A stretch of 64,000 nt of DNA from Podarcis erhardii (Eukaryota): the NCBI GenBank assembly GCA_964252035.1, contig CAXUOO010000157.1. One strand, given 5' to 3'. The notes beneath the pieces are model-generated. The model worked only from the letters and a program-made list of their open reading frames with translations. It did no database searches and was not told the DNA's origin. Made by a program: the position numbers and the translations under genes. This document shows, piece by piece, positions 24,974 through 38,000 of the stretch; position 1 is the first letter of the stretch, and each line of letters opens with the position of its first letter.

Positions 24974-26151
24974 ATAAGAAGCAACGCATAGTTTGCCTGA
25001 CTCGTCCGTTGAATTTTGAGACACAAACTTGTCTGGACCATCGATTGAAGCTTATCAGCATGGTCCAAAACACTGCAGCTGCGCTCAAAGTCCATTACAT
25101 TCATCCGCTGTATACATATTATATAGAGAGATAATTTCACACGTCTCTCTCTCTTGTGTATGTGGGTGTAATTGTGGGGCTAGGTTTTTTCTCTCGGTCT
25201 AAATCTTTTTTTTTGTGTGCGTGTGTGTAACTGTGTGCTTCTATAATTTCTCTGTCTATCTGTAAGTTTCCCTGTCTGTCTGTCTTACACTTTCTCTTTG
25301 TATCCGTCTTTTCGAGTATACATATGCATGTGTATACGAAAGCATACGCTTGTGTTTTGTCAGCTGTTCATACAAATCTATGAAGGTGCACCGTACGTCG
25401 CTTTCATGCTTTCTCCCTCTGAGAGACCCCACTGCTCTCAAAAGGCTTCAGCTGAGGTACATATAATATATATATACCAGCAAAAGAAGAAGTCGATTTT
25501 GCGCAACGCAATTATACGAAGCATTTCATGAGCCCAATATCTTCGCGAGCCCAACCGTGTGTCTGTAACGACAGTACTCTCTCAGCCTCTCGCTCACCAC
25601 CGCTAGATATATATATATATATATATATATGCTTTTTTTGCTGGCGCTATGGGCGACATGTTTATACATATACTTACATATGATATAAATAGGCGTATGC
25701 ACTTCTGTCATTTTTTCTTTTCTTTCACTCTAGCATATACCTTTTGATGTATTTCTATACATAGGAATTCTTTCTCTCTGATACGTAGAAGTCAATAATC
25801 GTACGTATCGCGCAATAATAGAGCATCATGCCAATGTATAGCACTTTCCGCGTGCTTGCGGCCGCAATGGGCGGCGCAAACTGATGCTGCGCCTGCTAAG
25901 TTGAATCTTGAGCTTTTCAACCTACCTCGATAGCATTAGTCCCAGGCGGTTTTGAACACTTGGATTTCTTTTAGGGAAGCTCGCATGTGCGACTACTATT
26001 GTCGATGTTGATGGTATGCTTCTATCGATTTATTCTGAGTCTTCTGCAGCTGATCACGCTGCCAGCGACTTTCCAGTCGAATTACTAGCACGAATGGCTT
26101 CTAGACAGGCTTACAACATATACATATATATATATATATGGATATGTATAC

Positions 26152-26379
26152 CTAAGAGCATATGCTGAAATACCGTGTATCTAGAAAACGCAGACTTGGG
26201 ACATTATCGAACGAAAAACGTAGTCCTTTGCGTAGGTGCAACCAGACAGCCTTGTGAAATATGTCGCCATCATCCGCTGCTGCTAGCGGAAGAGTTTTGC
26301 TGCGCGCTCGCGACTGATCAATACATACTGCCTCTTTAAGAAGACCTTCAGCGCTGCTCTTCACCCGGCTTCTTTTCTA
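26152..26379 (-). CDS. Possible isolated exon of an unidentified minus-strand gene
   Basis: Protein-like open frame (LLKEAVCIDQSRARSKTLPLAAADDGDIFHKAVWLHLRKGLRFSFDNVPSLRFLD) following TTGGTAG; no homology recognised and no partner exons established. Confidence 0.2.
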
Positions 26380-28579
26380 CCAAGTGTCAAAAATTCGATT
26401 TCGCTGTTGTTTTTGGTGCCGATACACTCCTTCTGCTGATGCTCTCTCAACCCTTTTTCATTCGTGTGAATGGTTTGAAATTGTGCTCCTGCACGAGTCT
26501 TCACGCTGCTGGTGTTTATGCGTTTGAAGCGTGCAGAAAATTATGCAAAATTTAGCGCTGGTGCTGCGGTGTAGTGCAGCAATCCTAATGCTTTAGAAAG
26601 ACTCTCGTCTACACCTGCGACGCTTTTCCACGTGCTTCTGCGGACGCTTTATGTCCATTCACTACTTCAGTAGTAGTAGCTGTTGCAGGTTCTCCACCTT
26701 ATGCGACCGCCAGTCGACGACTTGCACTATTCTGGTATTTCTGGTGCTGTTGTTTTGTTTGCTGCCATATATGCTGTTGTAGAACTTTTCGCCTAGCTGG
26801 AGCTGTGGCTTTTTTCCAACACCAACGCAGACTTGCTAGAGCTGCACATTTCAACTGCTGTTGGTCTCTAGTATTCTTATGTCGTCTCCGCTGCTGCTCT
26901 TGCAGCGTGTTTGTTTTTGATACAAATGCATGAAACTCCTTCTGCTGTATATACATTGTCAATGGGTGACCATGCAGCGAGTTTTTTCTGCAAAAAGAGT
27001 GAGCTGTGACGATGGGTGACTCAGCGAAATGTCTGCTGTTTGTATATCTGCAGCTTCTTCAATCGCTCGAATTTTCCTTCAAAACAAGGAGAACTCCAAG
27101 CAGCAACCGCAGAACATTAGCACCAAGCAGCACCAGCACCTATGTAGAAATCAGCAAAAGTGTAGCAGCGGCAGTACGTTATATGCCAAACTGGAACTTC
27201 ACACTTGCGTAGACAGAGAGAGTGCTAGTTTCTAGTGCCCGCTTCGAACTATTCACCAGGAGTAGCAGCTGCGGCATAAAACCTCAACAGCAGCAGCAGT
27301 AGCAGGTGCTCTCTCTAAGTCCACCATCTCTGGACTGTTTGACAGCACACAAACTTAGTAGACTTTTTCCTCTTCGCAACCAACTTCAGCAGCATTGGAA
27401 CGAGAAAAGAAGCAGCGACAGCAGCAGAGTTATCAAAGCCTGCAGTATTTTTTCCCAAAGCCGACTTAAAAGCTGAGAAAGGCAGTCGAAAAGCATCAGC
27501 AGTAGTAGTAGCGCCACAGACATCTCGTGAAGAACGTATGACCGTTTTTTCCTCGCGTCTCGACTGCACTGCACACACACGTTGTGCAAAGCAGTGCAGC
27601 TGCAGTATAGCAGAGAGAACACGAAAGAATCTGGCTGTCTGTGTAAATTGTCTAGTGTCTTTACACACACGATAGAGAGATCAGAGACGCGGACGTGAAA
27701 AACGCAGTTTTGACTTTCTTCAACAGTCGCATGCGCACACGAGTAGGATCTGAATCGCGTCAACTGAGAAAATACAACACTCGTGCACAATCACCACCTC
27801 TTTTTTGTTGTAGTAGTAGTAGTAGTAGAGAAAACGAAGACGACTCTGTTAGTTGTGTTTGCACCTCGAGACGAAGCTATCCCACGTGTTTTTTTTTTGA
27901 AGCACTGGTTGTGTGTGAGTTCTTTTTTCTTTCCCGAGTAGACTCCTCCTTTCTCTCTTTCCACCAGACTTTGGTTTTTTCGTAGCCATGCTTCTCTCTA
28001 CTCCAAAACTTCAGCACGGTGGTTCGTCTGACTCAGCTCTGCAACCCTCGCGTGTTTCCCTTCTCTGCTGTAGTTGCTGCCTTTCTTTTTTCGAGCCTCG
28101 CCTCCCTTTTGCCTGTCTTTTTTTCGTCCTTTCCTCGTTCAACTTCGAACGCCAACAAAGCGGAAACCAACAACAACCACAACCACAACAACAACGAAAA
28201 AAGGAGAAGTTGATTTTTTCTGGTGCTTCTGCCCACTCTGCTGCAGCTTTCGCTGTCGCTTCTTCGCCTGGGGCTGTCTCAGTGCACAGCAGCTCAGCAG
28301 GGAAAAAGATTCAAACAACAGTGCTGCAAACTAAGAAAGCCACTTTAAAAAAAGGGAAATTCGAACGAAGCAGCTGCGGACCACCACCTTTTTACCACTA
28401 CTACTGCAACGCGTAGCTGCAGCAGCAGCCATGACTAACAAATTCTGAAAAAGAGCGTTTTTCTGTGCGAGCGCAGTGGGCAAGTGCTGAAGAAGCGAAG
28501 CCAAGCAACTTGCAGTAGTGGTGGTGGCGAGGTGGTGGTGGTCTCTTTTTACTGAGGGAAAAGAGAGCGACTGCGAAAC

Positions 28580-28668
28580 TGAAGCAAAAGAAGAAGCAAA
28601 AGAAGAAGCAAAAGAAGAAGAAGAAGCAAAAGAAGAAGAAGAAGAAGAAGAAGAAGAAGAAGAAGAAA
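28580..28668 (+). repeat. (GAA)n / GAAGCAAAAGAA purine-rich microsatellite
   Basis: GAAGCAAAAGAA units followed by a pure (GAA)n run; reads poly-Glu in one frame. Confidence 0.9.
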
Positions 28669-29017
28669 TTAGCGGAAAACGGAGCTGCGACAGACAGACT
28701 TGGCTGCTCTGTGTACAGACAGCTGCGTTGCAAAAAGGAGTTTCTCTTGAGGACTCTCGTTGAAGAATCAGAGACTGGCGAGGATGCGCGCAAACTTCCA
28801 CCACCACCACCATCACCAGCAGCAGCAGTGTAGTAGTGTGTGGCTTGCTTTTTCTGCTAGAGAAAAACTGCTGGATCCTGCTTTTTGGGTTTGGTGGTGG
28901 ACTTAGTATTGCGAGAGAGAGAAAGGCAGTCTTTTTCGGCAGAGGAAAAGAAGAAGCCCACACCCGCGCGCTGCAGAAAAGTCCACGCTGCAGAGAAACA
29001 CACAAAAGCAGCAAGAA

Positions 29018-32000
29018 ATGAAGACACCCTCTTACAGCGAAAGAAGCGAAGCCCAAAGAAAGCACCATGAAATCTCTGCTTCTTCTCCTTCTTCCGAAAA
29101 CAGCGGCTCACAGTCTCTGCTGCTTTTTCAGGCCTGCTGCTGTCGCACCTGCAACTTCGCGCCTGCTGTTCTGCAGTCGGCTCCCACGAAATCTTCCTTT
29201 CTCTCAACTTTCACTGGAAAAAAACAAACATGCAAATCCTCCACCGAAACTGCAGGTCAAGCACAGCTAGCCACAGGTGAAGCACTAAGTGAAGAAGGTG
29301 AAGCAAAAAGCGAAGCAGCAGGTGATTTAGGTGAAAAAGCAACAGCAGGTGAAACTAGTGAAGCAACCACAGGTGAAGCAACTGAAGCAAAAAGCAAAGC
29401 AGGTGATATAGGTGAAAAAGCAACAACAGGTGAAGCAAGTCAAGCAACAACAGTTAAAGCAAGTCAAGCAAAAACAGGTGAAGGAAGTGAAGCAACAACA
29501 GGTGAAACAAGTGCAGCAACAATTGAAGAAAGTGAAGCAACAACAGTTGAAGCAAGTGAAGCAACAACAGGTGAAGGAAGTGCAGCTACAATTGAAGCAA
29601 GTGCAGCAACAGTTGAAGAAAGTGAAGCAAAAAATCTAGCAGGTGAAACAAGTGAAGCAACAGTTGCAGCATGTGAAGCAGCAGTTGAAGCAAGTGAAGC
29701 AACAATTGAAGCAAGTGAAGCAACAGTTGAAGCAAGTGAAGCAACAACAGTCGAAGCAAGCGTTGTAGTTGAGGCTGCTGATGCTGCAAGAGTGAATGCT
29801 TTGGCAACTGCAGAAGAACCTGAAAATTCATCAGTTGCAGCAGTAGACGGTGAGCACAGAGCAGTTGCAGCTCAACCACCAGCTGCAGCAGCACAAGATG
29901 AAGAATTGACAGCAAAAGCAATTTCTGCGACAGTTTCCCCAGTGAATTTGACAGCCTCAGCAGCAACAGCAATAGCAACAGAAGCACCACCAACACCAGC
30001 GATTGTAAGATCTGCTGTGGAAGTTGCAGAGGCACCCGAAAAAGCGACTGAAGCAGCAGTAGTGGCGGTTACAGCATCTGCAGCAGAATCAGAAAAAACG
30101 AAAGCAGCATCTCATGTAGCAGCCCCAGCAGTAGGTTTCAACGCTCTGCGCAATGCGGCAGCTTTATCGCTCAGTTTGCCCGCTAGAAACTCCAGTGTTG
30201 ACTTCAGAGATCATGGCTACGAAGTCATCACTTTCGTAGGTAAAAAGCCGACTTCAAGATCTTGAAATCACAGTCAATGGGTGCTTCTATGATACGTTTC
30301 GTCGATTGTGAAACTTGACAAAGAGGCTGGCGACAAACGACGTACAGTCATATTACGGGGCAGCGATTTACCGAAACAGAATCTTTGCAGAGACCCCGTG
30401 TAGATTGATATACTCATATATATATGTATATGTATATATATGTCTTCAGCCACACAAGAATGCGCATACTCACCAAACAAGTAATACTGCACAAAATATA
30501 TTTATTTATTTACGTATTTGGAGATGTGATCACAGTAGCACTATGTAGCAGCACGTGCTTTCAAATACACGAAATGTGGAGGATGTCAGAAGTCGTTATG
30601 AACTGGCGATGGGTGCTCGATTTCTCTTGTTGCACACATATGTATATAATGTTTATGCAATTGAGTATTATGCCGTTTAGAATCACAAAGTAACGTTGGT
30701 TGACGTTTGAACTGAATTGGAAAGATTTTTTTCTGAGTTTGGAGCGTGTCTGCTGGTGAAAAGATAGTGAATTTCTTTTTGCAAGTATCACCTTCACTTG
30801 ACTTAGCGTCAAATTGAAAAAAGGTCATTTTCGGCGTATTCAAATGATTCTACACAAATGTCGCTTATATTGTAGGGGCGAATCAGCCGTTGGATGCCGA
30901 GCTGCCGCATGCAGCAGAGTGAACTGTGCTTGCGCTAGATAACAGAATCCTCAATTTGAGTGTTGAACAAATATCCTAGTACTAAGGAATCTTTATTAGG
31001 CTATATGTGGAATGCAGATTTGACTCTCAATACTCAACTGGCTAGTCCTACACTTGAAGGTAACTCCAGCCGTAGGCGCTAACATTGAATTTGAAGCAGC
31101 CCAACTATCTACATAAGATAACTCATCTCCTCACGCACACAGAAAAGCAGTACGTTTGCACAAAACTACGATATTGGCTGCGTGCAAGCTTATTATACGA
31201 ACAGAAAAATAAACATATTTCAAATAATACATACACATTTTTACATCTATATAAATGTAAATATGTCAAGTTCGTGAATGTATACATATATATATATATA
31301 TATGTATATTTGTATATATTTGTATATATTATATATTTGTATATATAATATATATATATATATTTATGCATGAGTCATCTGCTCGTTTAGGAAGAGGACA
31401 GTTTGGGCGAGCTTTTCGAGTGCGGCGTCTCTGCGACAGCAGTGAATGGTTGGCAAAGCAAATTGACTTGACTAGTTTAGACGAGCGTGATCGCCGTATG
31501 AGCCTTCAAGAAGCGGAAGTAGGTCCTAATAGGGTTCTGCTGTTGACTTTAGGGGACTGCAGTGAGAAAGATTTGACTGCTGATTTGTTACCGTGGTGAT
31601 AGAGCCATCTAGCTGTTTCTGCAGTTGCTGCAGCTATGAGAAATTCAGTTTCAACTGCGGTTCTTCTATTGCTGCTGCTGCTGCCGTGTACATCTCCTTT
31701 CTGCTGCTGTTGCTGCAGTTATGCTTTTTTTATGTGATGCTGCTTTTTCTGTCTCACTTGCAAAGATTTAGACACTTCGTTTTTTTCTGTCTGCACACAA
31801 CTCTGTAACGTGCAGTCGTTTCTCCCAAAGTCTCTACAATGGCTTGCATACATATTATCCACTTTGTTGTTGCTGCTTCATAAGTTTCCGTTACTGAGGA
31901 AGAAATCCTGTTTTTGCTGAAACTTTGCTCTTCTTTGTAGCTGCTGCCTCTGCTACTAGTGCTGGTGGTGCTTTTGTTAGACGCGCTGCTTATTGACTGT

Positions 32001-35000
32001 TCGGCTGCATGTGTGTGAGTAAACAGAAGCGTTGAATTTTCGTTTTTCTGTGCTTTTTTCCTGTATATTTTTCATTAGTATTTTACAGTAGTGCTATCTT
32101 TGGCAGAAAGTTTCATCAAAATGTATATTTGCCGCACGAAGTGAATGCAAGCGAGTTTTCATACTTTACCCCTGCACTTGATCGCGCTGTTCCTGCTGCT
32201 AGTCTAAAAAGCAGAGTACTCAAGTCTTAATCTCCTTTTCTCCATACACTGTTTCAAATGGACGAAAGCTTGATACATGCATCGACGCATCTATATCCAC
32301 AGATGTATACACATACAGAATCAGTTTCCAGAAATACATGCACTGTGCACTCCATTTTTCCTCATTTTTTGTCTCAACACATCCTCACGCGCTGACGTTG
32401 CTGCTGCTGCAACACCATATACATATATATATATATATATGTGTGTGTATATGTGAGCATATGTTCATGTGTACATGCCTGAAAAGTGACAAAGAGTATC
32501 TGCATATTTCGCTTTCTCCGTTTTGTCTCTGTGCGTGGTGCCAATGGGGTGCGATGAATTCAGTGTAGTCAGCAGCCCCACATCTGTTTTCGCTATTTCG
32601 GTAATAAACTGAAGCTGCATTAGAAGATGCATTGCAGCCTCAAGCCAGTGCTTTCTTTACTAATTTGCTGGTGCTGCTTGTGTTTTATCGTAGTGCAGGC
32701 ACTGCAGCACTTTTGTGGTGGTGATTTGCTGTCTGCTGCTCTTCTAGCGATCTCCCTTTCTCTTTTCGAAAAACGCCTGTGTGTGTGTGTGTGAATATAT
32801 ACTGGTATCCTCTCTAACATATATAGTTGAGTGTCTGTACAGGCCATCAGTTTCTGACTTTCACTTGTTTCTGCGACTTTCGCTGCTTCTCTTTGCTTTT
32901 TTCGGTGCGTTTGGCACTCTTTCCACCAAAACTTCGCTGTTCAGTCGAGGCTTTTCTCGTGTCTGACCTCTGTTTCTGTGCATTGCTGTTGCTGTGTTGT
33001 ACTGAGTCTGCTCCATTTATTGAATTCTGTTCAGAAACAGCCACCTGCAAAGAGACCAACGTGAAGCGCCTCAATTTCTCCGTGCTCTTCTCTTCTTCAG
33101 CAACGCACTGCACCTCTTCCTCACACACATACATACATATACATATATGTAAATACTCACATCTCCAACTTTTCCTGCTTTCTACTGCGGCTGCAATACT
33201 CCTCTACCTCTTCTCGTTGTTGCGCTTTTTGTGTGTTGGGCAGCTCATGAAGCAGCTGCAGCACCCATCAGTGGTGCGTTGTGTGGAGTCGTTTGTGCAA
33301 CACGACATGTTTCTAGTGATCGTGATGGAGTTTTGCGAACGAGGAGACTTGAGCGCGCTGCTGCAGCGAGTGCGCGTTTCTCGCTCGTTCGTGGAAGAGC
33401 ACTTGGTCGTGAAGTGGCTGCTGCAACTGACGACTGGCCTGGCGTACATACACTCGCAGCACATTCTGCACCGCGACTTGAAGCCGAGCAACATCTTGCT
33501 AGACACTGCGCAGAACGTGAAAATCGGCGACTTCGGCATCAGCAGAGTCATGAGCTCCACGACTCTCGCTCTCGCCCACACCGCAGTGGGCACTCCTCAG
33601 TACATGTGTCCCGAAATGTGTGCGAATCAGCCCTACACTTTCAAGAGCGACGTGTGGGCGCTGGGCTGTGTGTTGCACGAAGTCTGTGCCCTGAGCAGTG
33701 CCTTTGAAGGCGACTCCTTCATTGCCCTTGCTTGGAACATTGCCTTCAAACCAGTCAAAAACATTCCCTCGCACTACTCGGCCAGTTTGCAGCGCCTCAT
33801 CAACGAAATGCTCGACAAAGACCCTCACAAGCGCCCGCTGCCCAGCGTCGCACTCACTAGTTGCGCTTTCACTTCTCTGCTGCAGCAGCACGGCTTCTCA
33901 CTCTCGCCCCTCGCTGCTGCTGAAACTGCCACTTCTCTCTCTGCTTCAGAAGCTACACTCGCGGAAAAAGCGGAAAAAGAAACAACTCAGCAGTTGCTGT
34001 TTTCTCCACAGTCACTCTCTCCCTCCTCTCCACGTGAACAACGACAAGTGCGTCCAGTTCTGCTCCACCACTGCAGCCACCACACACAGCTGTCGGAAAC
34101 TCGCTCTGGGCCTCGCTCCTCCACTCACGCTCCGAAAAAGAAGAGTCGAACCAGCACTGGTAGTCGTGGTGATAGTAGTGGTGATAGTGGTGATAGTGGT
34201 GGTGGTGATAGTGGTGATAGTGGTGGTGGTCACACACGCGCTTCAGCTGATGCATGCGCTGTACATGGTGCTGGTGCTTTTTCACCACAGTCGCTGCTCG
34301 TTCTCGCTCGTTCAGTTCCCCTTCTGGTGCATGCACACTCTGCAACGAAAACGGAAACAACAACTCGCCCAGAACCCCTCGAGAAAGAACCAGCAGCTGT
34401 CACAACCTCTCCTGCCACAACAACTCCTCTTGCTCTCACTGCCACCCACCACTTTCCCTCTCCCTCTTCTTCTTCCTCTTCTTTTTCCTCTTCTTTTTCC
34501 TCTTCCTCTTCTTTTTCCTCTTCCTCTTCTTTTTCCTCTTCTTTTTCCTCTTCCTCTTCTTCCTCAGCTGCTTTCACTGGTGCAGCTCATACTGCTCAGC
34601 AATTATTACCACCACCAGTGCCACTACGAGGACATGACGCAGCAACATCACCACTATTGATATTGCCTTTTCCTGCAGCTCTTTTGCCTGCTGCTACTGC
34701 TGATAATGATAATGATAATGATAATTTTTCTGTGAAAGAAAGTCCTTCTGCTGCTGCTGTTGTTGTTGCACCAACCACCAAAAATCTGCAAAAAACTCCT
34801 CACCCAAACAATCACCCCCCAAACAACCACCACCAAAACAACCACCCTAACCACCCAAACAACCACCACCTAAACAACCACCACCACCACCTAAATAACC
34901 ACCACCTAAATAACCACCTTCACCACCCTTTTTTTGAGGGCTTTTCTTTGAAAGCCCCAGGAAAGGCCCTTTCGTTTTGCAGCAGCGCCAGCCCCACCGA

Positions 35001-38000
35001 TGAAGCGTTGGCTAGTCGCAGCAATTACCACCACCACCACCACCACCATCACCACCATTTGCTCAGAAGTGCGAGCAACCACCTCAGCGAAAAGGTGGGC
35101 TCAAAAACTCGCCACCACCACCACCACCACCACCTCGACCAACAACAACGGGGCTTGGGCCACAGACGCTCCAAAAGCCAAAGCAGCTCAGCTTCTCACC
35201 AAAACCACCACCATTTCTACCACCATTTCTACCACCATTTCCACCATTTCCACCACCACTCAGACACACTGCTCCACCCCTCGTTTTTCGACAGTGTCTG
35301 TGCTTTTGACGATAAGAACAGTGCGAATACTCTCACGAACAGCACGAGTAGACTCGGCAGTAGAGGGAGGAGCCCCACCACTAGTGCTCCTGCTAGGAAA
35401 AATAGCAGCAGCACTTGCAGTGGTAGTGGTGGGTGGAGGTGCAGCCCTTGGGTGGGTGAGGACGTGGTTCATTGTAAGCGCAGACTTTCGAGTGGTGAGA
35501 ACGAGGACGGAAAAGGCCGAGGAGGAGACGTGTCTGTTGAGGCAGAAGTAGACACAACAACGTCTAAGATTCTGCGTTTTCGCAGTGGAATTTTTCTCGC
35601 TGCAAAATCACGGCGGTTGTTGCGGCGGCAGCCACCGCGACAAGTTGCTCTTTTTCAGGCTCGCTGTTTCAGTTTTCGAGGCTCGTGGAAAAAAGCGAAG
35701 AAGAAGCGAGTTCTTCGTCCTCTTCTCCGCCTCCACGGAAACAACGCCTTTTTCGAACAAAAGAAAAAAGAAACTCCGCAGCTAGCAACAGCAACAGCAA
35801 CGCGAGTCAGCGGCACTCGCACTCGGCTCCTTTCAACTACTGGTGGCGCTTTTTCTGCACTAAAACAGTCGCGAAAAAACAGACACACACAAACCAAACA
35901 ACGAGTGGTCGTCTGGAAAACTTCCTCCTCGTTAAAGCGCAAACATCCGCGAAAGTCTGAGCAGCAGTTCCACTGCAAATATGGCTCGCAGAATGTCGGA
36001 GAGTTGAACGAGAGTGGAAAGGAGAGGTGGTTGTTTGCAGAGGACGCCAAGAAGAAGACTTCGGACTGGAGTGGAAGTGCCACGAAAACAAGTGCCTCGA
36101 AAAACAGAGCAGAAAAAAACGCAGCTTTTCTAGCCGCTAATTTCGCCTCCTCTCAAAGTTTCACACACACTGCACAGCACAGCGACACACACACTGCAGG
36201 GGCAGCAACACAAACAGAGGGGAAGCGTTTTCAAGGAGAAAAAAAGGAAGCAGTTTTTCACTGCAAGTCAACTCCTTCACCTTCTGCAGTTGCCGGCAAG
36301 CAAGCGAAATTTCGTGGCGCTGTTCCCTTCACTTCTTCTGCGAACTTCTCTTCTAGCGCTGATTCTGCTGCGACAGCACCCACCGCTGCAGAAGCAGCTA
36401 AATTTTCAATCATCAAACGCAGCAAGAAATCAAGCAGAAGTAGACACAGTCGTGAAAGCCATCAAAACAGTCAAAGTGGCTCTCTTTCTGTCTTTGCTGT
36501 TGGAGCTGTCGACGACGAGCGGTTGTACGCAAAATTCATTTTGGGAAGACTGAAGGAACAGTACGGACGAAAGCGAAAGTCTAAACCGACTGGTTTTTGT
36601 CTAGTTTTTCTGCGCGTGTTGTTTGCGACCGTTATTACTGCACATAGCCCCTACTGTCATTACGCCTTTAGTTACGTGTCAAATCTTAGAAGCTGAATTC
36701 TACTTTCGGATACACGCGTTTCAAGAGCAACATTCATATGCACCACTTCACACATGTCAGTTTTTATATGGAAGGGTTATGCTGCAATCATGCATTCTCA
36801 CCATGTGTGTGATGAACGGGGATATATTTTTTCGTGTCTATTTCGAAAAGTCAACAATCTCTCTCCTTCGCATGTGTAGACGAGCAGTTCGGCGCTCACG
36901 TCAAACTCTACGCACACACACCTACTTTATGCAAATGTGTATATATGTCTGTGTTTAGAAGAAGGAAGAAAATCAAAGACACACACGAAATTAGTATACA
37001 AATGTACACCAGATATCCGGACATTTCCATATACTCGGCCCTTCAGCTGCTCACACTCTGCAAACAGTTACCTAAATGATCTTCACGTGAATACGACGTT
37101 TCGTGTCGCTATCAGACGTGAACAACAAACGTTATGTAAGCAGTAGCTGAAGGGCATCATCAATCACGAACCCTATGCACGACTTTCTTTCGAAAATAAA
37201 TTTTGCTGGCCTGAACAAAGCACAAGTTTTGAGTTTCTCTCTGCTCTTCATTGTTCTTCTCCATAGCTGTGCATTGCACTCTCTGTATCTCTGTTTCAGA
37301 CTTTCTCTTTTTTCTATTCCTGTGTGTCTCCTTGTCTCCAAACTCGAGTATTTTCTGTCTCTCAGATTGTCTGTCTCTCATTCCGTCTTTTGTACAGATT
37401 CCTCTTCTTTGTTTTCTTCTCCTTCTTCCCTCTCTCCATCTCTGTTGTGTGATCTTGTTCTTTCAATCATCTCGAGCTGTCTCTTGTTCTTGAAGTCTTT
37501 TTCTCTCTCTCTCTCTCTGCTTCATCTCCTTGCTATGTAGACTGCTCATTTCATACATTCAAAAAGAGAGAGACACAGATACACAAAGTAGCGAAGAAGC
37601 TGCATCTAGACTCAGGTAGTCTGATAGGATCAATCAATTACAACCTGTGTTTCGAGGTACGGTTTTTCTTCCAAATAATATATTTACAAAAAAACACGGC
37701 TGCAGAGCTGCTGCGCTGTGGTGGTTGATGCTGTCCCCACACTTACTGCTGCTCAAGAAATCTTGCAAAAGCGCACTGAAACGTCTGCTTTGCTTGCGTG
37801 TACACATACAGCACTTGTAGATGGATTCAGAAATTTCCAGTATTTCTCCCTGCTGCATTTTGCCATCTCTGCTGCTGACGCTTCGAAAAAAAAGAGCCAA
37901 AAACTATATCTCTAAGTAGAGAAAACCGACCAAGCGCGGTCCTTTGTTTGCTGTTTTACACGATGAAAAACGGTGCTGTTGGCTGCTCAAACGCGTGCTG

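Noticed and set aside
31366-31390. ATG at 31366 as the kinase start
   Set aside because: It follows a TA tract directly and lacks the usual Y-x-x-I residues before the Gly loop; the upstream exon supplies YEVITFVG through a phase-matched splice.
32827-33243. Hydrophobic N-terminal 139 aa of the 1289-aa ORF as a signal or TM region of the kinase
   Set aside because: It lies upstream of the acceptor GGGCAG (33243) that joins kinase subdomains II and III, so it is intronic read-through.
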